Part shown: positions 58,056-64,000 of the stretch, in pieces
How the letters are laid out: each line of letters starts with the position of its first letter
Position numbering within the stretch: the stretch's first letter is position 1
Assembly (NCBI GenBank): GCA_002269645.1
Contig: NIVC01004012.1
Span: 1 to 64,000 of the forward strand
Source: Macrostomum lignano
Taxonomy: Eukaryota
Direction: 5' to 3'
Length of the DNA stretch: 64,000 nt
The notes under the pieces: generated by a model
Database searches by the model: none
What the model was told of the DNA's origin: nothing
The model's input: the letters and a program-made list of their open reading frames with translations, nothing else
Made by a program: the position numbers and the translations under genes

Positions 58056-58107
58056 ACTAATCCAAGGAATTCTAAATCCTACTAAATTTAGAATTCCTTG
58101 ACTAATC
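58056..58107. mobile_element. 38-bp palindromic transposon remnant (15-16 bp arms) with 7-bp TSD ACTAATC
   Basis: ACTAATC|CAAGGAATTCTAAAT-cctactaa-ATTTAGAATTCCTTG|ACTAATC; same arms as 21965-22008. Confidence 0.85.
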
Positions 58108-58189
58108 ATATCAAACACAGTTCCTAACACTTTAACTCTAAAATTTGACTCAATTCAAAAATACCAGCCTAGTATTTGGGCTAGGTCTC

Positions 58190-58345
58190 TACCTTTGGGC
58201 TACACCCCTAACCCTTGGGCTACACCCCAAACCCTTGGGCTACACCCCAAACCCTTGGGCTACACCCCTAACCCTTGGGCTACACCCCTAACCCTTGGAC
58301 TACACCCTTAGCCCTTGGGCTACATCCTTAAGCCTTGGGCTACAC
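58190..58345. repeat. Minisatellite, 20 bp unit (ACCCTTGGGCTACACCCC[T/A]A)
   Basis: About 7 copies. Confidence 0.9.
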
Positions 58346-58444
58346 ATCCCTTGGGCTACCGCCTACATCCTTGTTTATTAATCTAGACTCGACTCTGTGG
58401 CGTTACACATGTATATCCCTGACATTTCAGCTTAAAATAGGCCT

Positions 58445-58870
58445 CTGACCCTTGAACTCGACCCCTGACCCTTGGACTCGACCCCTGACCCTTGAACTCG
58501 ACCCCTGACCCTTGGACTCGACCCCTGACCCTTGAACTCGACCCCTGACCCTTGGACTCGACCCCTGACCCATGGACTCGACCCTGACCCTTAAACGACT
58601 AGACCCCTGACCCTTGGACTCGATCCCTGACCCTTGGACTCGACCCCTGACCCATGGACTCGACCCTGACTCTTAGACGACTAGACCCCTGACCCTTAAA
58701 CTCGACCCTGACCTTTAGACGACTAGACCCCTGACCCTTGGACTCGATCCATGACCCTTGGACTCGACCCCTGACCCATGGACTCGACCCTGACCCTTGG
58801 ACTCGACTCCTGACCCTTGGACTTGACTCCCGACCCTTAGACGACTCGACGCCTAACCCTTGGACTAATC
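58445..58870. repeat. Minisatellite, 20 bp unit (GACCCTTGGACTCGACCCCT)
   Basis: About 20 copies. The unit is related to the neighbouring 58190 array. Confidence 0.9.
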
Positions 58871-59988
58871 TCCCGTCTTTTTAGGACTAAGCCCTCTGAC
58901 CTCTGGACTAACTACCTTAATACTATCACACGTATTTGGTATTTGCGTTTAAACTAGATAAAATAAATTCAATCAACAAGCCTAAATAAGACTAAAAAAT
59001 TCAGGTATTGTATGCGTATGCAGCTATATTTGCTATTGTTTCCGCAGTGCCAAAACTGAACCTAAAAAAAGTTTTAAAAAGAGAATATATATATGATAAA
59101 TTATCAAATAGAGGCGTAACGAACTCAATACATGCAATAATCGATTAGTATCAATAGAAACAATAATTGGCAGTGCGAGCCTAGAGGCTGGTGTTAGACT
59201 TGGTAGCAATACCTAATAAACCAATTGACACTGTCCAGCAGACAATTATTAAATAGTCAGGTGGATTACATAAAAAGTGCATCGAATTCAATCTAAGTCT
59301 TATCTCATAAACTGTTGATTTACGATGCGATCCAGTTTAAACTTGAGGTGCAAATTTCTAAATTTGAGGTGTTAAAAAATTCCGAGTAAAGTACATTACA
59401 TACTACTGTTTACCAACCTTGACTGTGTTACATAGTAGTACTCAGAAAGAATCGCTACAAAAATGGACCGGAAGCGTGAATATTATTAATTACTAAGCAT
59501 ATAGTGGATTAGTAAAGCAACAAGACAGTCCACTAGATAACAGAAATAAACACAAAAACATTGATTTGAAAGTTTGAAACCAAACGCATGCAGAATACGG
59601 AAACGGGGGTGATCAAATCGGCTGAGAGGTGAGTACAGATCTATTTATATATATAATATAATATATTGGTTTAAGGCTTGGATATGCGATTCGTTTCATT
59701 TACTAGTAGGCGCAGGTAGCAACCATTCAACCAAGTTTTGCCAGACTCCCCCGTCCAGTTTGTTGAAAACTGAAAACCGTATCCATAGCGGAATCCTTCC
59801 CGTTGCTCTGCAGCTAGATATAAAAGAATTACTTCGACTCGCAAACTGTAGTCGGTGTGGCAAAAAGGCTAAGGGGTAAGAAAAAAGGCAGAATATTGGG
59901 ATTTAGCAAGTAATTAAAAAAGCACAGACACGCCCAGTCTAGTTGTGCATCCAGATTCCAAATACTGTTCATTCTCTTCTTGTGAGAA

Positions 59989-60432
59989 TCAGCCGCTCAT
60001 GATATTCCTGACCAGATCTTCGTAATTAATGTTGCCATGAATGTCGTCCATGCCAGCTAGCAGCTGTTCCACCTCTTCGTCCTTGAGCTTCTCCCCTAGC
60101 GAGGTCAACAGGTGGCGCAGCTCGGCGGCGCTAATAGTGCCATTCTGGTCCTTGTCGAACACGCGGAAACCGTCGATAAATTGTTCGGGCTTCACTTTGT
60201 CGGCATTCTTAGCCAAGTCTTTGTAGATTGGTAGAAATGTTTCAAAAGTGATGCGCGTGTCCGGCTGTTTATCGTAGCCGGCCTTCTTAATCTCGGCTTC
60301 GGTCGGATTGAGGCCCAGAGCGCGAACAACTTCGCCAATTTGGCGGGCCTCGATTTTCTCGTCGCCGCGAATGTCAAATAGGCGAAAAGTGTCGCGAATC
60401 TCTTCAGTATCAAGCTCTGGCATCCTTGACAT
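59989..60432 (-). CDS. Myosin essential (alkali) light chain, non-muscle Mlc-c/MYL6-like; intronless CDS
   Basis: 147 aa. [94 protein letters not shown]. Confidence 0.93.
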   Translation of the reverse strand: MSRMPELDTEEIRDTFRLFDIRGDEKIEARQIGEVVRALGLNPTEAEIKKAGYDKQPDTRITFETFLPIYKDLAKNADKVKPEQFIDGFRVFDKDQNGTISAAELRHLLTSLGEKLKDEEVEQLLAGMDDIHGNINYEDLVRNIMSG

Positions 60433-60660
60433 TATATTAGAGTATATTAGAGTTTGGACTGTCTGCCAAGCAGCGGGGAAGCAAGATTAGTTAGGTGACT
60501 ATTAGTTTGCAGAGGGTTCAGGGCACTGCTGCAAATCACAGGCGACAGTTGGCCAGTCAGGGGGAAGTGGATATGCCCATTCCACTGGCCGCTGAGCATT
60601 TTGTCAGGAGCGTGCACTCTGCATGTTGGACGTTAGCACTCATGGGAACAAATCGCACAA

Positions 60661-63600
60661 GGTCTTATTGAATTTTAGAATATACCACAGATACTAAACA
60701 GCTATATATGTCACTTACAAAATTTTGCTTATTTACTGTTCTCTCTTAATAGCAAAATTTGCATTTTGTGCTAATTTTGTCCATTTAAAAATATTTCCTA
60801 TGACAAGGCCTTTAGGGTAAAAAAACTTATAAGTTTGCTAACTCATTTTTTCAATAAATATTAAAAAAATGAATAACTAGCAAAATGTGTAATCATTTTG
60901 ACTAAAGCATTTATATGAATGTATATAAATTGCCAAGTGAAAAACAGCCTATTGAAGAAAATTGATGACACCGGCAAGATATACAAGATTAAGCAAGATA
61001 GCCTAAGCAGGAATTTGCCACCAACATCAACTTGAAGATGAGACCAATAGTCATACCTAAAGAGAATTTGTTGTCAACCAGACCAATTAAAGAGTGGCCA
61101 ATGTTGTGGCCAATAGCTAAATTTAAAATTGTTGAGGCTGCTAACCAGATGAAAATGAGATGAAGATGAAAAACAGATTAACAATATAAAAGATAAGACT
61201 AACAGTTATATAAGCAACAAGGCAAGCAACCAACTGACAGATAAGAGAATAATGATTTGACAAGAAAACTAATAACCAATGCTATGATAGCATAGCATTT
61301 GCCAGTCTAACTAAATTTAATTCTAATTTCTAATCTGTATTATAGGTATTTTTATCCTTGTGTGCAGGCAAGTTGCCACTAATCGTTATTTTCTGTTGAT
61401 TTTTGAAACTTAATTTTTTGTCAAAACATTTTTTGAATGTTTCAACCCCTGGAAATTTTTCTTTTCCCCCAATCTTTGTCTATATGTCATTTTTATGGTT
61501 GCTGTCTTGTCCTTGTCCCAGTTGTAGTTTTCTATTTTTCTCACCTTTGGCTTTGTTTTGCCCTATTTTTGGTTGCTTAATATTTTGTCATTGCTTCCTT
61601 CTTAACTTTGCTTGTGCCCAACTCTTTGTCCACCTTTTGTTCTGTGCTTGTTCAAGTCCTGTCCTATGAGTTGGAATTGTTATTTTTGCCTATATATTTA
61701 TATTTTGTCTCCAATGCTAATGTCAGTATGCTATTGGTCTCCCTCTCTACTCAGTTACATTTGATTAACAAGATTCTATCAACTAAGTGACCATATTTTA
61801 TTTGGCCTCTGTGCACTGTGGCTCTGCCAGATTTATTTGGTCTCATGTCTCGTGATAATATGAGCTAGCCAGTCCTAGAAAAGTGAGTTTTATTTAGTCA
61901 GCAGACGGGTTTTACCATAGACTATAGTAAAGAAATTAAATTAATTTAGTCAAGGTTCTCTAAATCTCTTTCATAACTTTTATTAAGTCAAAGTGAATTT
62001 TATTTAGTCGTTATATCTTTGAGAAAAACACAAATGAACATAACACAACACAAGACACAACAAATTATTGTTACAACGCTTCACTTTTGAACTCAATCAA
62101 CGATGTCTTCGATGTCTTTTGTGGCAATGCACCGCGGTATGTATCGAAGGCTCTCACAATGCCAGGCTTTGCAGTGAGGCAGCTGCTATACTGACCTCCA
62201 GTTCATGCTTAAGAAACAGAGAATAAGGTGATAAAGGCTTGAACTCTTGCTCTACCTCCATGGCTAATGGATTCCAATGGGCACAAGCATTGTCAAATAG
62301 AAGGCAGAATGACTAATGAACCAATGCAGACCGTTTAGCCATGAACTCTGCAACCAAACTCTGCAAGCCATGAACTCTGCCACCATTATGACTAAATAAA
62401 ATTCACTTTGACAAAAATCAAGTCATGGAAGGGTTTAAATACGAGTAATGACTAAATTAACTTCATTTATATCCAAAAAAATTGTTAAAAGGTATAATAA
62501 CTAAGATGTTAACCATATTTATTTGTTAACCAATTTAGCCCATAGACTATCTTGAGTTATTTGCCTGCGGGGCATAAAACAGTCATAAAGTTCTCATTTC
62601 AAAGAAAGCTCTAAAACTTCAACATTCTGTAATACATAAATTATGGTGGTAGCAGTGCTATTCTACTAAAAGTAATCAGCAAAGCATTACACTGCACATT
62701 GACTTCAGTGTCTTAGGAGCCAATTTGAATGACTATGCCTATTAAAAAAAGCAATCAATTACAATTTTGACTACCCTCCCCCAGAATTGAGGACCCTTGC
62801 AGCCAGAGTAAAACAGGATAATTGTCTGTATCTTTGTTGAGATTTGTCTAAACAATTATTCTAGAATTTTTGTGCAAACTCAATGCCAATGGAAATTCAA
62901 ATTATCATACTGTCCCATTTTGTGTCAGCAATCGACAACCACCAGAAAAAAATTTCTTTTCTCTGCCCCACCTCACTTGTTTAGATGTCATAAAAAGAAA
63001 AAGCCTAGAATACTCTTTAATTAGGGATAAAAGCAAAATAATGTGGCAGCCAGATTGTACTAGTGCTACTAGTCGCGTACAGTCTGGCTGTCACAATAAA
63101 CAATAAGTAGGGCAAAGGGCCCAATTGCCAAATGGATATAAGAAAAGAAGGCTAGAGAAAAAAAGACTAAGAAAGAGGCAAGATTGAAGAACCAACCATA
63201 AAGCAGGAAGAAGTAGATAAGAATAATAAGATTAAACTAGACAAAAAGAAGAAAAAAACAGAATAAACACAAATGCAAATAAACTATAAAACTAAGAAAG
63301 TCATGACAAGAAATTAAAAATATTGATTTAAATGTTGATTTTGATTTCTAAAAAAATTGCCAAGTTTTTAGTTTTTTTAAAAAATCTGCTTTGATTTAAA
63401 TCTAATGCATTTATAGATTTTTAAAAGCATAATAGACTTAATATCTCTTTTTAGACCTAGTCTTAAGTTTGTTTTCTCAAAACATAGGTCTGGAAGTTTT
63501 TTTATAAAAATAAAATAATTCTCATTTTACCCAGAATAGCCTATATTGATACTTTAGAAGATATCATCTATTACAGATTTTTTCTTATATGCATTTGGCT

Positions 63601-64000
63601 TAATAAGAATTTTTTGCATTAGGTTCTGGCATGTGTTTTACACTTATTGCAAGACTAAATATGATCTAGAATATAGGCTTGATATTATCAAAGATACTAC
63701 TTTAATGCAGCTATTTAATAATGATTTAATTATTTAATAATACAAGGTCCTAAAAAGTATAATACTATATGCATAGCATGCATAATGAAGTTAATGTTTT
63801 TTGTTATGCACCTTATAGAAGTATGTGCTAAATTCCTTAGCATATATACTATTACACATCAGTCATCAGAAGCACTTGGCCTTATGCCATATAGTTTCAG
63901 TAAGTACTTGGTTAAAAAAAAATTCTACAAGAAAGATTTTGCAAAAATCTTTCAAGCAAACTTTGTCAAGGCAATTTGCAAGCAAACTTTGGCAAGTGAA
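60661..64000. other. CpG-depleted decayed-repeat domain 2 (runs off the window)
   Basis: About 17-18 CG seen in 3.3 kb, a third of them clustered at ~62078-62147. None seen in 63080-64000. Confidence 0.75.
61987..62412. repeat. 25-bp inverted repeat pair enclosing ~375 bp (MITE or foldback remnant)
   Basis: GTCAAAGTGAATTTTATTTAGTCGT at 61987-62011 and ATGACTAAATAAAATTCACTTTGAC at 62388-62412. Related TTTAGTC/GACTAAA motifs lie further out at ~61880, 61945 and 62450. Confidence 0.75.

Noticed and set aside
62010-62330. Possible piggyBac Cys-rich tail or TM-anchored protein remnant in decayed domain 2
   Set aside because: Different frames give different plausible readings and the end overlaps the inverted repeat. 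It cannot be assigned without a search.

Overview
Eukaryotic, animal genomic DNA, not prokaryotic: spliceosomal GT-AG introns, GC-rich exons with Ala/Gly/Gln runs, and a different minisatellite in many introns. This style suggests the flatworm Macrostomum lignano or a relative (inference only). Twelve protein-coding genes can be built by hand: PMPCA(-), MRPS26(-), CFAP57/WDR65(+, 12 exons), enolase(-), an orphan single-pass PY-motif membrane protein(-), DUS2(-, 8 exons) with a LicD-family gene(+) nested in its first intron, a tetraspanin(-), AIMP3/EEF1E1(-), SRBD1(-), an ATRIP-like gene(-) and a myosin essential light chain(-). Also present: one intronic tRNA-Arg(ACG), SINEs, a decayed DD37E Tc1/mariner-type transposon, hAT-type and other MITEs, and a LINE 3' fragment. 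Two observations stand out. (1) Two ~40-bp palindromes, 36 kb apart, share the same 15-17 bp arms and each has its own perfect 7-bp target duplication, the structure expected of P-element-type excision footprints. (2) Two sharp-edged ~3-kb domains have lost almost all CpG and look C-to-T hypermutated (methylation-driven or RIP-like). Three single-base frameshifts in conserved genes are probably assembly errors. All coordinates and counts were read by eye and need computational confirmation.
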